A DNA stretch of 62,933 bases, the filler included. It is 4 parts of 4 records of this genome, joined end to end, with 100 filler letters (N's around TTAATTAATTAA, not from the genome) between each part and the next. Parts side by side here need not be neighbours in the genome. Positions count along the whole stretch, not along the records: positions 1 to 27,739 come from SRR31147125_10566; positions 27,840 to 33,053 come from SRR31147125_10649; 2 more parts are not named here. One strand, written 5' to 3'. The position numbers and the translations under genes were made by a program. The notes below the pieces were generated by a model. The model was not told the DNA's origin and ran no database searches. It was given only the letters and a program-made list of their open reading frames with translations. Of this stretch, positions 20,622 to 32,172 are shown in pieces; position 1 is the first letter of the stretch; each line of letters opens with the position of its first letter.

Positions 20622-20731
20622 GTCCCTATCAAGCATCATCACTCAATAGTAGCTTGTGAACCTGGTCAGGTCTTGATCGAAGCAGCCATAAGCATAGTCT
20701 ATTATGTGGGTGATGATGCTTGATGGGGATT
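20622..20731 (+). ncRNA. ffs: Small bacterial SRP RNA
   Basis: Long terminal helix enclosing GAACC-TGG-TCAGG-TC-TTGATC-GA-AGCAG-CCA-TAAG domain IV. tadA-SRP RNA adjacency as in Bacillus. Confidence 0.85.
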
Positions 20732-20814
20732 TTTATATGAATACATATAATTTTACATAATGTAAAATATATATAATATATAATGTTATAATAAAAATAT
20801 CGGAGGTATTATAC

Positions 20815-21447
20815 ATGAAATTAAACCCAAGAGTTTTTAAAAACTTAAATTCAGAACCTTTTTTAGAACAAGATATAGACGGTCAAAAAGTATCTTTTTA
20901 TGACATGAATGAAACACAATACTTAACACAATATGCAGCGCGTGGTAAGTTTGCGATATGGACATCGAATGGTGGAAATGAGTATAAAGTACTTATTGAA
21001 AAATCATATTACGAAGCACTAGAACCTTTTTATAGTTATGATGTGAATAAGATTTGGTTAAATTTTTTAACAAGCGCAAGTCAGATCACAAGAAAAATGA
21101 GTATGTGGTTTTTAGTCCCAACAATGATTATTTATTTAGCGATTGCTGCCATTGCGACAATCTATTTTCCTGATCAAATTATTGCGGTTTTATTAGGACT
21201 AATCGTTGTGATATTTGGATCTAATATCGTGCAAACAAGATTAACATCTAATCGTGTGAAAGAAGCAAATTTCAATGCACAAAATCAAATTCGTGAAACT
21301 TTAGGCAACGAAGTTTTTGATGGTCTTGTACAAGCACAAGAAGATCATTATAAAGCATATTTTAAATTTGATGAAGAACAACAAGAAAATAGCGAAGAAC
21401 AAGTTTCAGTTGAAGCTGAAGTTGTTGAAGAAGATAAGGATAAATAA
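20815..21447 (+). CDS. Hypothetical 2-TM membrane protein with acidic tail
   Basis: GGAGG RBS, TGTTATAAT extended -10 and two central TM helices. Confidence 0.75.
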   Translation: MKLNPRVFKNLNSEPFLEQDIDGQKVSFYDMNETQYLTQYAARGKFAIWTSNGGNEYKVLIEKSYYEALEPFYSYDVNKIWLNFLTSASQITRKMSMWFLVPTMIIYLAIAAIATIYFPDQIIAVLLGLIVVIFGSNIVQTRLTSNRVKEANFNAQNQIRETLGNEVFDGLVQAQEDHYKAYFKFDEEQQENSEEQVSVEAEVVEEDKDK

Positions 21448-23405
21448 TGATGAAAAATATTGCAATTAATGCCATTAGATTTTTGGGAGTAGATGCCATT
21501 AATAAAGCAAACAGTGGGCATCCAGGTATTGTACTTGGTGCTGCACCGATGGCTTTCCAGTTATTTACAGAGAATCTAAATATTGATGTCAAAAAAACTA
21601 ATTGGTTAAACAGAGATCGATTTATTTTATCTGCTGGACATGGTTCAATGCTTTTATACGCACTCAATCATTTATCAGGATACAAGATTTCACTTGATGA
21701 CTTAAAAGACTTTAGACAAGTTGGTATAACACCAGGACATCCTGAATACGGACATACACCAGGCGTTGAGACGACATCTGGGCCTCTTGGTCAAGGTATT
21801 TCAAATGGCGTCGGTATGGCACTTGCTGAAACACATTTAGCTGCTAAATTCAATAAAGATGAGTTTAACTTAATCGATCACTACACATATGTTATTTGTG
21901 GTGATGGTGATTTACAAGAAGGCGTTACCATGGAATCCGCAAGTCTTGCTGGTCATTTAGGACTTGGGAAATTAATCGTATTGTTTGATTCAAACGATAT
22001 TCAATTAGATGGTGAAGTCTCACTTGCAAATAGCGATGATATTAAGCGTAAATTTGAAGGTATGGGATGGCAATACATCAAAGTTGAAGATGGTAATGAT
22101 TTATCAAGTATTCAAAAAGCATTAAATAAAGCTAAAAAAGAAGGTCAAAAACCTTCTATGATCGAAGTTAAAACTAAAATAGGATATGGTACTGATTTAG
22201 AAGGTACATCAAAAGTTCATGGCGCAGCCATTGGTCGTGAACAAAGAGAAGTATTAAGCAAAAGATTAGACTGGCCATATGCTGAGTTTGAAGTACCACA
22301 AGAAGCTTATAGTTATTTTAGAAGACGTGTTCTTTTAAGAGGACAAAGAGTTAGAAGAAAATGGGATAATCTTTTAGAATCATATAAAGAAGCATATCCA
22401 AAATCTTATGAAATGTTAAATCAGTACATGAATCAAAATGTTGACGTTGATTTGTCATGGTTTAATGAGTTATTGTCATCAGAAAAAGAAGCCACACGCT
22501 CAGTGAGTGGTAAAGTTATTCAAATATTATCAGAGAAATATCCATTTTTAGTGGGTGGTTCTGCTGACCTTACTGCATCAACTAAAGCAAAAGGTGCAGA
22601 CGGACATTTTTCAAAAGAAAATAGATTATCAAGAAATATCAATTTTGGTGTAAGAGAACATGCGATGGCTGCCGTTACAAATGGTATGGTATTACATGGT
22701 GGATTAAAAGTGTTTGCAGGTGGATTCTTTGTCTTTAGTGATTATATGAAACCATCGATTAGACTTTCAGCAATTATGAATATTCCATCAATCTTTGTCT
22801 TTACACATGATTCTGTAGGTGTTGGAGAAGACGGGCCTACACATCAACCTGTTGAACAATTAGCGGGATTACGTGCTATTCCTAACTTAAATGTGATTAG
22901 ACCTGCTGATGCGAAAGAAACAATTGCTGCATGGAAAACAGCCATTGAATCAAAGACTACACCTACAGTTATTGTTCTAACAAGACAAGGTGTAAAAAAT
23001 CAAGTTAGCACATCTTTTGAAGGTGCAAGTCAAGGGGCTTATATCGTAAAACATGAAGCAAAAAACCTACAAGGTATATTATTGGCTGCAGGTTCAGAAG
23101 TTGAATTAGCACTTGATGCAGAAAAAATATTAAGAAATAAAGGATATGACTTAAGAGTTGTTTCAATGCCATCGATGTTTGCATTTGATCACAATACTAA
23201 GAAATATCAAAAAGAAATACTTCCAGGAAGAGCGAAAAAAATTGCTGTTGAAATGGCGAGTTCAATGCCATGGTATAAATATAGTAGAAATGTTTATGGA
23301 CTTGATCAATTTGGATTAAGTGCACCACTTGATGTTGTGTTAAAGCATTTTAAATTTACAGCAGAAGATTTCGCTGCTTATGTGGAAAAGGTTATTAAAA
23401 ACTAA
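21447..23405 (+). CDS. tkt: Transketolase
   Basis: SGHPG, GDGDLQEG and HDSVGVGEDGPTHQP motifs. Confidence 0.97.
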   Translation: MMKNIAINAIRFLGVDAINKANSGHPGIVLGAAPMAFQLFTENLNIDVKKTNWLNRDRFILSAGHGSMLLYALNHLSGYKISLDDLKDFRQVGITPGHPEYGHTPGVETTSGPLGQGISNGVGMALAETHLAAKFNKDEFNLIDHYTYVICGDGDLQEGVTMESASLAGHLGLGKLIVLFDSNDIQLDGEVSLANSDDIKRKFEGMGWQYIKVEDGNDLSSIQKALNKAKKEGQKPSMIEVKTKIGYGTDLEGTSKVHGAAIGREQREVLSKRLDWPYAEFEVPQEAYSYFRRRVLLRGQRVRRKWDNLLESYKEAYPKSYEMLNQYMNQNVDVDLSWFNELLSSEKEATRSVSGKVIQILSEKYPFLVGGSADLTASTKAKGADGHFSKENRLSRNINFGVREHAMAAVTNGMVLHGGLKVFAGGFFVFSDYMKPSIRLSAIMNIPSIFVFTHDSVGVGEDGPTHQPVEQLAGLRAIPNLNVIRPADAKETIAAWKTAIESKTTPTVIVLTRQGVKNQVSTSFEGASQGAYIVKHEAKNLQGILLAAGSEVELALDAEKILRNKGYDLRVVSMPSMFAFDHNTKKYQKEILPGRAKKIAVEMASSMPWYKYSRNVYGLDQFGLSAPLDVVLKHFKFTAEDFAAYVEKVIKN

Positions 23406-23423
23406 ACATAAAGAAGTGATAAA

Positions 23424-25286
23424 ATGATATATGATTCAATCGTTGTAGGTGCTGGACATGCAGGTGTTGAAGCAGCACTTGCTATGGCAAGAATGAATAA
23501 ACAAGTAATATTAATTACAGGCAACCTTGATAAGGTTGCTTCTTTGCCTTGTAATCCATCGATTGGTGGACCAGCGAAAGGTATTGTTGTTCGTGAAATA
23601 GATGCGCTTGGCGGACAAATGGCGAGAAGTGCAGATCAAGCACAAATACAAATGAAAATGTTAAATGCTTCCAAAGGCCCTGCTGTTCGTGCGCTGCGCG
23701 CTCAAATTGATAAATTAGCATACCCTAAAATTATGCTAGATGTTTTAAAAGGACAAAAAAATTTGACTTTACTTGAAGCACTTGTTAATCATATGATTAT
23801 AGAAAATAATCAAGTGCAAGGTGTTAAACTTAATGATGGACAAGTTATATTAAGTAAAACAGTTATTATAACAACAGGGACATATTTAGGTAGCTACATT
23901 CTTATCGGGAATGAAAAGATATCAAGTGGTCCAAGTGGTGAACCGACAACTTTTGGTATTAGTGAACAATTGAAATCATATGGGTTTGAAATGTTAAGGT
24001 TAAAAACAGGTACACCTCAGCGTATAGCCAAAGATAGCATTAATCCATTGAAAATGACTGTTCAGCCAGGTGATGGTATGCAATATACGTTTAGTTTTGA
24101 CAATGCATATTATGAAGAAAACCCACAAGAATTTTGTTATTTAACCCATACAAGTGAAAAAACGCATGAAATTATTAATGAACATTTAGATGAATCAGCG
24201 ATGTATAGTGGTGCAGTTGAAGGTGTAGGACCAAGATATTGCCCATCGATTGAAGATAAAGTTGTAAGATTTAATGATAAGCCAAGACATCAAATATTTA
24301 TTGAACCAGAATCATTATCGCTAGATGAGTTATATGTTCAAGGATTATCAACATCTATGCCAAAGTATGTACAAGAAAAAATGATTCGTACTATTCCAGG
24401 TTTAGAAGATGTTAAAATTGTACGGTATGCATACGCGATAGAGTATGATGCGATAAATCCTATACAACTTAATCCAACACTTGAAACCAAGAAAATCAAG
24501 CACTTATATTGTGCTGGACAAATCAATGGGACAAGTGGGTATGAAGAAGCAGCATGCCAAGGTCTTATGGCGGGGATTAACGCAAGTTTAAAACTTGATG
24601 AAAAAGAACCATTTATTTTAGAACGTCATGAAGCATATATCGGTGTATTAATTGATGACTTAGTCACTAAAGGTGTATTAGATCCATATCGATTATTAAC
24701 ATCTAGAGCTGAACACCGTTTGTTACTTAGAAATGATAATGCAGATTTGAGACTGATGACATATGGATATAAGCTCGGCTTACTTGAAGAAAGTAAATAT
24801 AAAAAATATTTAATTAAAGAAAAACAAATTGATCAACTTCTAATCGATATAGAGAATTATCGCATTATGCCAAACGAAGAAAACAACACTTATTTAGCAC
24901 AACGTGGATCTGCAAAAATATTTGAAGCATATACACTTTCTAGTTTGTTAAAACGACCAGAAATCAATCGACAAGACATCACACATTATCTTGGAGATAT
25001 ATATCCAAAAGATGTTGTTGAGCAAGTTGAAATAATGATTAAATATGCTGGATACATTAAAAAAGCAAGAAGAGAAGCTGAAAGAATGCAAAGATTAGAA
25101 GAGAAAAAAATACCACGCGATCTCGACTACTTTAGCATCCAAAATCTTTCATCTGAAAGTAAAGAAAAGCTTGATCGTGTTAAACCATTAACCGTTGGTC
25201 AAGCATCAAGAATATCAGGAGTCAATCCAGCAGATATTTCGTTGTTGGTTATCTATATAGAATCGGGATCTTATAAAAATGTTTAA
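23424..25286 (+). CDS. mnmG: tRNA U34 modification enzyme MnmG
   Basis: [24 protein letters not shown] and [14 protein letters not shown]. Confidence 0.97.
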   Translation: MIYDSIVVGAGHAGVEAALAMARMNKQVILITGNLDKVASLPCNPSIGGPAKGIVVREIDALGGQMARSADQAQIQMKMLNASKGPAVRALRAQIDKLAYPKIMLDVLKGQKNLTLLEALVNHMIIENNQVQGVKLNDGQVILSKTVIITTGTYLGSYILIGNEKISSGPSGEPTTFGISEQLKSYGFEMLRLKTGTPQRIAKDSINPLKMTVQPGDGMQYTFSFDNAYYEENPQEFCYLTHTSEKTHEIINEHLDESAMYSGAVEGVGPRYCPSIEDKVVRFNDKPRHQIFIEPESLSLDELYVQGLSTSMPKYVQEKMIRTIPGLEDVKIVRYAYAIEYDAINPIQLNPTLETKKIKHLYCAGQINGTSGYEEAACQGLMAGINASLKLDEKEPFILERHEAYIGVLIDDLVTKGVLDPYRLLTSRAEHRLLLRNDNADLRLMTYGYKLGLLEESKYKKYLIKEKQIDQLLIDIENYRIMPNEENNTYLAQRGSAKIFEAYTLSSLLKRPEINRQDITHYLGDIYPKDVVEQVEIMIKYAGYIKKARREAERMQRLEEKKIPRDLDYFSIQNLSSESKEKLDRVKPLTVGQASRISGVNPADISLLVIYIESGSYKNV

Positions 25287-25983
25287 TCAGTTTATAAAAC
25301 ACATAGAAAAAGAATTTCATATAACATTAACAGAAATGCAATCTAATCAATTTAGATTGTATTTTCAAACACTTATTGTATACAATCAAAAAGTAAATTT
25401 AACAAGGATTACTGAAGAAAACGAAGTGTATTACAAACATTTCTATGATTCGCTAACTATGATTGATACGATTGATTTAAAACAAGTTCAAACTATATGC
25501 GATATGGGAGCAGGTGCAGGATTTCCAAGCATTCCGCTAAAAATTATTTACCCACATTTAAAAATCACTATCATTGACTCGTTAGGCAAAAGAATTAAGT
25601 TTTTAGAATTTTTACTTGCAACACTTGAAATAAAAGATGTAAAATTAATATACGATCGCATAGAAAACTATGCAGTAAAAAACTTAAATACATTTGATAT
25701 TGTTACTGCGAGAGCCTTAGGGGTGCTTCCTTTAATTTTAGAACTCGGTATACCGATGGTAAAAGAAGGGAAAAACTTCATTGCATACAAAGGTTCAAAT
25801 TACGAAGAAGAAATTAAAGAGTCAAAACGTGCTTTAGATATACTTAAAAGCCATGTTAGTGATGTTAAAACATACGAATTGCCATTCGGAATGGGTTATC
25901 GAGCCCATGTGGTGATAAAAAAAGACAAACATATCCAAGGATATCCGAGAAACTATTCGGTTATTAAGAAAAAACCATTATAA
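25279..25983 (+). CDS. rsmG: 16S rRNA m7G527 methyltransferase
   Basis: KHFYDS and [13 protein letters not shown]; follows mnmG. Confidence 0.95.
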   Translation: MFNQFIKHIEKEFHITLTEMQSNQFRLYFQTLIVYNQKVNLTRITEENEVYYKHFYDSLTMIDTIDLKQVQTICDMGAGAGFPSIPLKIIYPHLKITIIDSLGKRIKFLEFLLATLEIKDVKLIYDRIENYAVKNLNTFDIVTARALGVLPLILELGIPMVKEGKNFIAYKGSNYEEEIKESKRALDILKSHVSDVKTYELPFGMGYRAHVVIKKDKHIQGYPRNYSVIKKKPL

Positions 25984-25996
25984 GAAGGAGTTACAC

Positions 25997-26779
25997 ATGG
26001 GAAAAATCATAGCTATTTCAAATCAAAAAGGTGGCGTAGGTAAAACAACAACAAGTGTAAATCTTTCAGCAGCTCTTGGCATGTTAGGCAAAAAGGTATT
26101 ATTAGTTGATTTAGATCCACAAGCGAGCACAACGACAAGCTTAGGTATCAATCGTGCGATGTTATATTCAACAATCACTGATGTATTATTAAATGAGAAA
26201 AGTGTGCATCAAGCAGTGATTAAACTAGAAAATTTAAATGTTGATGTGATACCATCAACGATAGAACTTGCACATATTGAACTCAAGTTAAACAGTGAAG
26301 ATAGAGAATATATGTTAAGCTATAAACTTAATGAAATCAAAGATGACTATGACTATATATTTATTGATTGTCCGCCTTCTTTAGGATTACTTACAGTGAG
26401 TGCGTTATATGCATCAAATTCGGTACTCATACCTGTTCAATGTCAGTTTTTAGCAATAGATGGATTAACGCAGTTGTTAAACACAATCAGAGTGGTACAA
26501 AAGAAAATGAAAATAAACAATAAATTTTTGTCTATAGAAGGTGTATTGTTGACAATGCTTGACCGCAGAACAAAAGCTGGTTGGGAAATTGTTCATGAAA
26601 TTAAAAATTATTTTCAAGAAGGTGTTTTTGACACAATTATTACAAGTAATGTTGCAGCCCAAGTTGCACCAACATATGGATTACCAGTGATTACATATGC
26701 ACCAAAAGCGCCAGCATCAAAATTGTATAAATCTTTAGCAAAGGAGATTGTGAAAAATAATGAAGGAACAAAAGCCTAG
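25997..26779 (+). CDS. parA: ParA/Soj ATPase
   Basis: NQKGGVGKTT and IDCPPSLG motifs. Confidence 0.95.
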   Translation: MGKIIAISNQKGGVGKTTTSVNLSAALGMLGKKVLLVDLDPQASTTTSLGINRAMLYSTITDVLLNEKSVHQAVIKLENLNVDVIPSTIELAHIELKLNSEDREYMLSYKLNEIKDDYDYIFIDCPPSLGLLTVSALYASNSVLIPVQCQFLAIDGLTQLLNTIRVVQKKMKINNKFLSIEGVLLTMLDRRTKAGWEIVHEIKNYFQEGVFDTIITSNVAAQVAPTYGLPVITYAPKAPASKLYKSLAKEIVKNNEGTKA

Positions 26780-27590
26780 AACATTTATCGATTTATTAAA
26801 AGAACATCATGTAGATGATGTGTTAGAAGGCGAAGTCATTGATGAGTTAAGCCTATCTCAAATCATACCTAATCCTTTTCAACCGAGAAGAATTTTTGAT
26901 CAAGAAAAAATTTCCGAACTTGCGCAATCTATTCGCGAACACGGTGTATTTCAACCGATTATTGTTAAGAAAGTAACAGATGGATATTTAATAGTATCTG
27001 GTGAAAGACGATATAGAGCATCAAAAGAAGTCGGATTAGATACAATTCCTGCGATTGTAAGACAATACGAAGAAATGAAAATTGCTGAAATAGCACTAGC
27101 TGAAAACCTGCAAAGAGAAGATTTATCACCAATAGAAGAAGCTGAAGCTTATCGTATTGTGATGGGTAATATGAAACTTACACAATCACAACTCGCAGAA
27201 AAAGTTGGGAAATCTAGATCACATGTAACTAACATACTTGGACTACTTCACTTACCACAAGAAGTGCAAGATTATATTTTGGTCAATAAAATTAATATGG
27301 GACATGCACGTGCTTTAAGTAAACTTGAAGATCAAATGCAAATCATGAAAATAGCTAAAAGAATAATTAGAGAGGGATTAAGTGTCAGACAAGTTGAAGA
27401 ATTAACACGTAAAGAGATAAAAACTAATCAAATTAACAGAAAGCAAGAACATAAATATGTAAAACAAGAACGCATATTAAAGAAACACTTTAATCAACAT
27501 AAGGTTTCAGTAAACGATAAAAGAATTACGATTTATTTGAAAGAAAACGAAACAGTTGATGAATTCCTTGAACGGGTGATAAAAAAATGA
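26760..27590 (+). CDS. parB: ParB/Spo0J
   Basis: NPFQPRR, SGERRYRA, ENLQREDL and HTH GKSRSHV. Confidence 0.95.
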   Translation: MKEQKPRTFIDLLKEHHVDDVLEGEVIDELSLSQIIPNPFQPRRIFDQEKISELAQSIREHGVFQPIIVKKVTDGYLIVSGERRYRASKEVGLDTIPAIVRQYEEMKIAEIALAENLQREDLSPIEEAEAYRIVMGNMKLTQSQLAEKVGKSRSHVTNILGLLHLPQEVQDYILVNKINMGHARALSKLEDQMQIMKIAKRIIREGLSVRQVEELTRKEIKTNQINRKQEHKYVKQERILKKHFNQHKVSVNDKRITIYLKENETVDEFLERVIKK

Positions 27591-27739
27591 TGATTCAAGT
27601 CGGTGACCACCTTATATTAAAGAAGCCGCATGCATGTGGATCACATCGTTGGCTCGTTAAACGTACGGGTGCAGAAATACGCATTGTATGTGAAAAGTGC
27701 AAGAGAGAACTACTATTATTTAAACCCGAATTAGAAAAA
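27587..27739 (+). CDS. DUF951 (YyzM-like) protein, 3' truncated by contig end
   Basis: KKPHACG...RTGAEIRIVCEKC; typical position after parB. Confidence 0.8.
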
Positions 27740-27839
27740 NNNNNNNNNNNNNNNNNNNNNNNNNNNNNNNNNNNNNNNNNNNNTTAATTAATTAANNNNN
27801 NNNNNNNNNNNNNNNNNNNNNNNNNNNNNNNNNNNNNNN
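27740..27839. other. Artificial contig spacer
   Basis: N44-TTAATTAATTAA-N44 (stops in all six frames). Confidence 0.98.
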
Positions 27840-29740
27840 GTGAGCCTTTTCATGTAAGTTAAGGTACACAATGTCATCCTTTGCCCGCATACCTAAAGGT
27901 ACAGCCAATGATTTCTGGCAAGCATTTTTTTGCCAAAAATTTTGAATTGGCAGTTCATAAATTTTTTTACTCCATACATTTCAAAAAATGTAATGCTTTT
28001 GGGTATTTGAGATGATACACCTTTGCTATGGATTAAGGGATTAAGGGTTCTAGCAGTCTTCCCCAGATCAACTCCAACTGCATGTGTGCTTCTTACTATT
28101 TTATTTATTAATACACCTTCATTCATTTTCAATGTGCCGGTTTCTCTACCGTTTAATATATATATAGTTTGGATGTTCTCAGGCAAGTTAGCTTCCATGT
28201 TTGTAGTGTAAATTAAGCTATATCCCAAATATATGTCTCTGCCCTGTAAGTACTCCATTATGCTATGATTTACTATCAGCTTTGGGTTGTCTATTATAAA
28301 AATAAAATGAGGTAAATATATACTTTCTTTTTTATCCTTCTCCTGCTTACGTACCTTTAATACCTGTGCAATATTCCCCAAAACCTGGTCTCTTTGGTTT
28401 TCTTGAGACACGAGCCCAGATACATTTATGCGTCTAATTTTGCAATGGGGATACCATCTTATCCATTCAAAATTTTCTCTATCGCTTTCTTCTACTAGTG
28501 TTATAATTTCAATATCGTGGTAACTTTGTTCAAAGCATAACTGTAGTAGAATAGAATTAAGCATTCTATGGATGTGAGACTTTTCGCCTACTAAACCCAA
28601 ATGCGCCTTTTTTAAATCTATAACAGTAGGCATGTCAGGAATTTCTACGAAATTCTCCACTATATTTGCCATTTCTAATTGCAGTTCATCTGGCTTTGCA
28701 TCCATTACATCTTTAGTATATTTTACGTAATAGCTTGATTTACTAGTAGACTTTCCTAATGATAAACACAAGAAATCACCGTCATTTGCAGCCCTCTCAT
28801 ATATCCTACTTGAATAATCATTAATCATCTTAGCCATATTTTTACACGAGGGGTAATGAAATGTCATTGATTCCTTTTGTCTATTATACATCTCAAATAA
28901 TTCTTTTCGTTTTCTTAGTAGATATTTATCATAGTTCTCTACTCTGCTCTTCTCATTCTCCTTGCGATTTGCTCTATCACCAAAATATGTTGTAATAGAA
29001 AAAATCACGCTCATTCCCATGCTCGCAGCACTAATTATAACGAACAGTCCGCGTTTCATAAGCAAACTAATAGCTATAGTTATACACAGCATTACAAACG
29101 GAGGCACAATTACCTTTATAAGTGACCCTTTTTTCTTTTCAGCCTTTGATGGAGGTGATTGGATTTCTATGTCATCAGTTGGTGCTGGTTTTATTATCCT
29201 CGGTGAGCGTTTATACACTGGAAAATCAGCCAAATTGTTATTATTGTCATATACCAAATGCAAGCTGCTTGTATACCCCTCGCCCACACATTCAATGTAA
29301 TCTTCATTACATGTTATCTTTACTGTATCAACCAGAAGGCAATCCCCCTGTTCAAGCCTGCACTCTTTCTCTGCTATCCTTTTACCATTCAAGTAAGGTG
29401 CACCGCTTAATACATAGATTTTCTTAGTGCATATCAGTAAAGAAGTTTTTGAATTTTTTATTACTATATCGTTTGCATCGCTGTTGCCTATTCTTATTAC
29501 ATTTTTTGCTCTGTAAACTTGCTTGTTACTCTCTACAAATACCATTGCTTTTAAGTCTTCAACTTTTTTTAGGACAAACGGTTTTATTTCTGTATCATTA
29601 ACAAAGCATTTTTCACCATCAGCAACTATTCTAAGATTACCTTTTTCGTTAGGTATTAAGTTCCTATCCAAACTCATATTTCGAGAGGAAGCAAGCTCAA
29701 TGTATGATTCATTTTTAAATAATAATAATGAGTTTCCCAT
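27840..29740 (-). CDS. essC: T7SSb EssC, N-terminal part; frameshifted at 27962-27968 and cut by contig end
   Basis: FHA-like region, YKRSPRI, 2 TM helices and D0 domain. After a -1 shift the frame reads SLAVPLGMRAKDDIVYLNLHEKAH, the conserved entry to ATPase D1. Confidence 0.9.
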
Positions 29741-29753
29741 TTTCACACCACCT

Positions 29754-30863
29754 CTAATTAGTGTCCGAAGCCTGAGCTTCAAGCTCATTTTCCGTCATTT
29801 CTTGCGACAATTTTTCTATTTTTGCTTCTATTGCCGATAATTGAGCAGTCTTTTCTTCTCCTGATAATGTTGTATCATTTTCTAGTGCTACGCTCTGCTT
29901 AATGTAAGCAAATAATAACAACTCATCATCATTTATTCTTTGGGCAATGTCTATTGCTTCAACGAAATTAAGTCTTCCCACTTCTATCCAAAAGTTCAAT
30001 ATTGGTATCTCTGTTTTCAATGTTAATCCTTGTAGTACCCATTCTTTCTGTTCGGTTGTCAAACTCTCAGATGTGACAAACGAGCGTGAAAGCATATATT
30101 TGCCTTCAAGAGAAATATCATATACATCCATATACGAAAAGGCTTCAATTACTCCTTCATAATTCTCTGCTAAGTAAGCATTGCTAGCACTAATATAGCT
30201 GTCTTTCTTTGGTAGTTGATCACCAAAAATATAATACATTAAAGCACCGCATCCAACAGCAGCTACGGCAAGAAGTATAACTCCCACTCTTAAAACTCTT
30301 AGCGTATTTTTGCTGACTATTGTTTTGTTATTTTGTATATTTTCTGCTTCTTCTTTATATGATTGATATAGATATTCTTTTATTTCATTAACACTATCTT
30401 TATTATTTAACCATTCAATATTCTTGTTTTTCCTAAACAAATCATTACCGCCTAAAAAATAGTCGTCATAAGAGTATTTTTGGCATAAAGTGGTTGCAAT
30501 TAAAGCTTTGTACTTATTTAAAAAATTATTATCTTTATCTTTTATATCCCTGACTAAAACTTTAGAACGAAGATTATCATCAAGTACAATATTACTCGGC
30601 GACATAGAGAATTCGTACTCCTCGCATAGCTCTTCAAGTTCTACACAGTTAAAAAGCATTCTATATTTGTCTTCCATAGTTTTGTCAAGTATTGTGTTAA
30701 AATCATCTAGATTTTCTAGATTAAATAAAAAGTCAAAGTCATCTTCATGTTCTTCAATTGTACATGGTACAAGATTTTTATTATCGTATGAAAGCAAAAA
30801 TCTTTGTCCTTTTTTCACTTTTGACTCATTGTTTAAGATAGTGTGTTTTTTAATATTACTCAT
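29754..30863 (-). CDS. essB: T7SSb EssB/YukC
   Basis: Pseudokinase-like N-half (SPSNIV), one TM helix, WIEVGR and AIDIAQRINDDELL. Confidence 0.88.
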   Translation of the reverse strand: MSNIKKHTILNNESKVKKGQRFLLSYDNKNLVPCTIEEHEDDFDFLFNLENLDDFNTILDKTMEDKYRMLFNCVELEELCEEYEFSMSPSNIVLDDNLRSKVLVRDIKDKDNNFLNKYKALIATTLCQKYSYDDYFLGGNDLFRKNKNIEWLNNKDSVNEIKEYLYQSYKEEAENIQNNKTIVSKNTLRVLRVGVILLAVAAVGCGALMYYIFGDQLPKKDSYISASNAYLAENYEGVIEAFSYMDVYDISLEGKYMLSRSFVTSESLTTEQKEWVLQGLTLKTEIPILNFWIEVGRLNFVEAIDIAQRINDDELLLFAYIKQSVALENDTTLSGEEKTAQLSAIEAKIEKLSQEMTENELEAQASDTN

Positions 30864-30876
30864 AACTCCCCCTTTT

Positions 30877-31095
30877 TTATATAGCGGTTAAAATATCCCC
30901 GCTGTAAATTTTTTGCTCTTTAAAAGTTTTGTACACGCTTATAATATTTGCATTCTTCTGTGAACGATAAAATTTTGGTATTTCATCCTGTGTTTCGTTA
31001 TTCAAATTTACCCATAAAGCATTAACTATTTGCCTGTTATCGATGCTTATATCATAAAATTTGCCATCCAATTTTACAGTTATGTTGATATACAT
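30877..31095 (-). CDS. esaB: EsaB/YukD ubiquitin-like protein
   Basis: 72 aa, INITV...IYSGDILT; lies between essA and essB. Confidence 0.75.
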   Translation of the reverse strand: MYINITVKLDGKFYDISIDNRQIVNALWVNLNNETQDEIPKFYRSQKNANIISVYKTFKEQKIYSGDILTAI

Positions 31096-31348
31096 TCTCT
31101 ACCTCACTCTATAATATTTTTATACCACTTAGCTGTGCTATTTACTTCCAATAATGTGCCATAAGAAATGAGCAAAAAATTTGCTGCTTTAATTGCCTTA
31201 GTCTTAATGGTTGTGTTTAGATTGCTCAATATACTTAGCAATTTATTCTTTGCTGAATGAGTTTGACTACGTCTTTTTTTGTTTCATTATTTATTACATC
31301 AAAAAATTCTAATATAAAACTTTCCTGTGCTTTAAATTTATATTTACT

Positions 31349-31819
31349 TTATCTCCTTAGTTTTCCCTTTATAAGATTTTTACGTGCCAGTGCATATCCC
31401 AATATACCCAACAATACAAACAGAAAAATATATAAAATTATCGATACAGTATTATTGTTATCTATATCATCTTGTTTAAAACTATTATCATTTACTTTGG
31501 AAAACATATTTAACTCATTTGTTAGGCTAACTATGTGTTCATAATCTGATTTTTCATCAGTTGTATTAATAAATAAACTATTACTCAAATCATTAATAGT
31601 TTTTTGTTTAAATGAAATTATTCCTTCCTTAATAAGAGTATATTCATCTGTAAGAATATCCACCCCGTAAGCATCTGTAATCGCAGTTGCAGTTTGACTT
31701 CTGTTCTTAATAGAATTTGCATCAACTACTAAATCTGTATCATCTGCACTAGCAGATATTACAAAATAAAGCATCATAAACAATGCGGATAAAACTATTT
31801 TTATATACTTATTTTTCAT
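31349..31819 (-). CDS. essA: EssA-like single-TM T7SS protein
   Basis: Signal peptide, LF motifs and C-terminal TM helix; position after esxA. Confidence 0.6.
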   Translation of the reverse strand: MKNKYIKIVLSALFMMLYFVISASADDTDLVVDANSIKNRSQTATAITDAYGVDILTDEYTLIKEGIISFKQKTINDLSNSLFINTTDEKSDYEHIVSLTNELNMFSKVNDNSFKQDDIDNNNTVSIILYIFLFVLLGILGYALARKNLIKGKLRR

Positions 31820-31826
31820 ACTAACT

Positions 31827-31871
31827 AAAAATCAAAACTACCCTCTAATACCATACGAAGACTAGAGGGTA
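31827..31871 (-). terminator. Terminator after esxA
   Basis: TACCCTCTA...TAGAGGGTA stem followed by T-rich sequence on the minus strand. Confidence 0.7.
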
Positions 31872-31878
31872 TATTTTT

Positions 31879-32172
31879 TTAGACATTGAATTTGCTTGCA
31901 ATGTCTGCATCCATTTGCTCAATAGCGTTTGCAGTTGCATCCAGCTGACCACCTATGTCATCAATTAACTGACGAACATTGTTAAATCCGGGCTTTAATG
32001 ATTCAAATTGTTGTGCAAACTTTACGCTTGCATCGCCTTCCCACTCGTCTTGCAGTACATTAATTAGGTTTTGCATCTTAGTAATGACATCTTCAAAGTT
32101 TTGTCCTTCTGTTCTGAACTCTCCGGCTCTTGTCCTCATTTGCTCAGGTGATATGCGAATTTGTCCTGCCAT
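31879..32172 (-). CDS. esxA: WXG100 protein EsxA
   Basis: 97 aa, MAGQIRISPEQ start and central WEG. Confidence 0.95.
   Translation of the reverse strand: MAGQIRISPEQMRTRAGEFRTEGQNFEDVITKMQNLINVLQDEWEGDASVKFAQQFESLKPGFNNVRQLIDDIGGQLDATANAIEQMDADIASKFNV

Noticed and set aside
27214-27230. parS-like site inside parB (AGATCACATGTAAC)
   Set aside because: Too many mismatches to TGTTTCACGTGAAACA; explained by KSRSHVT codons.
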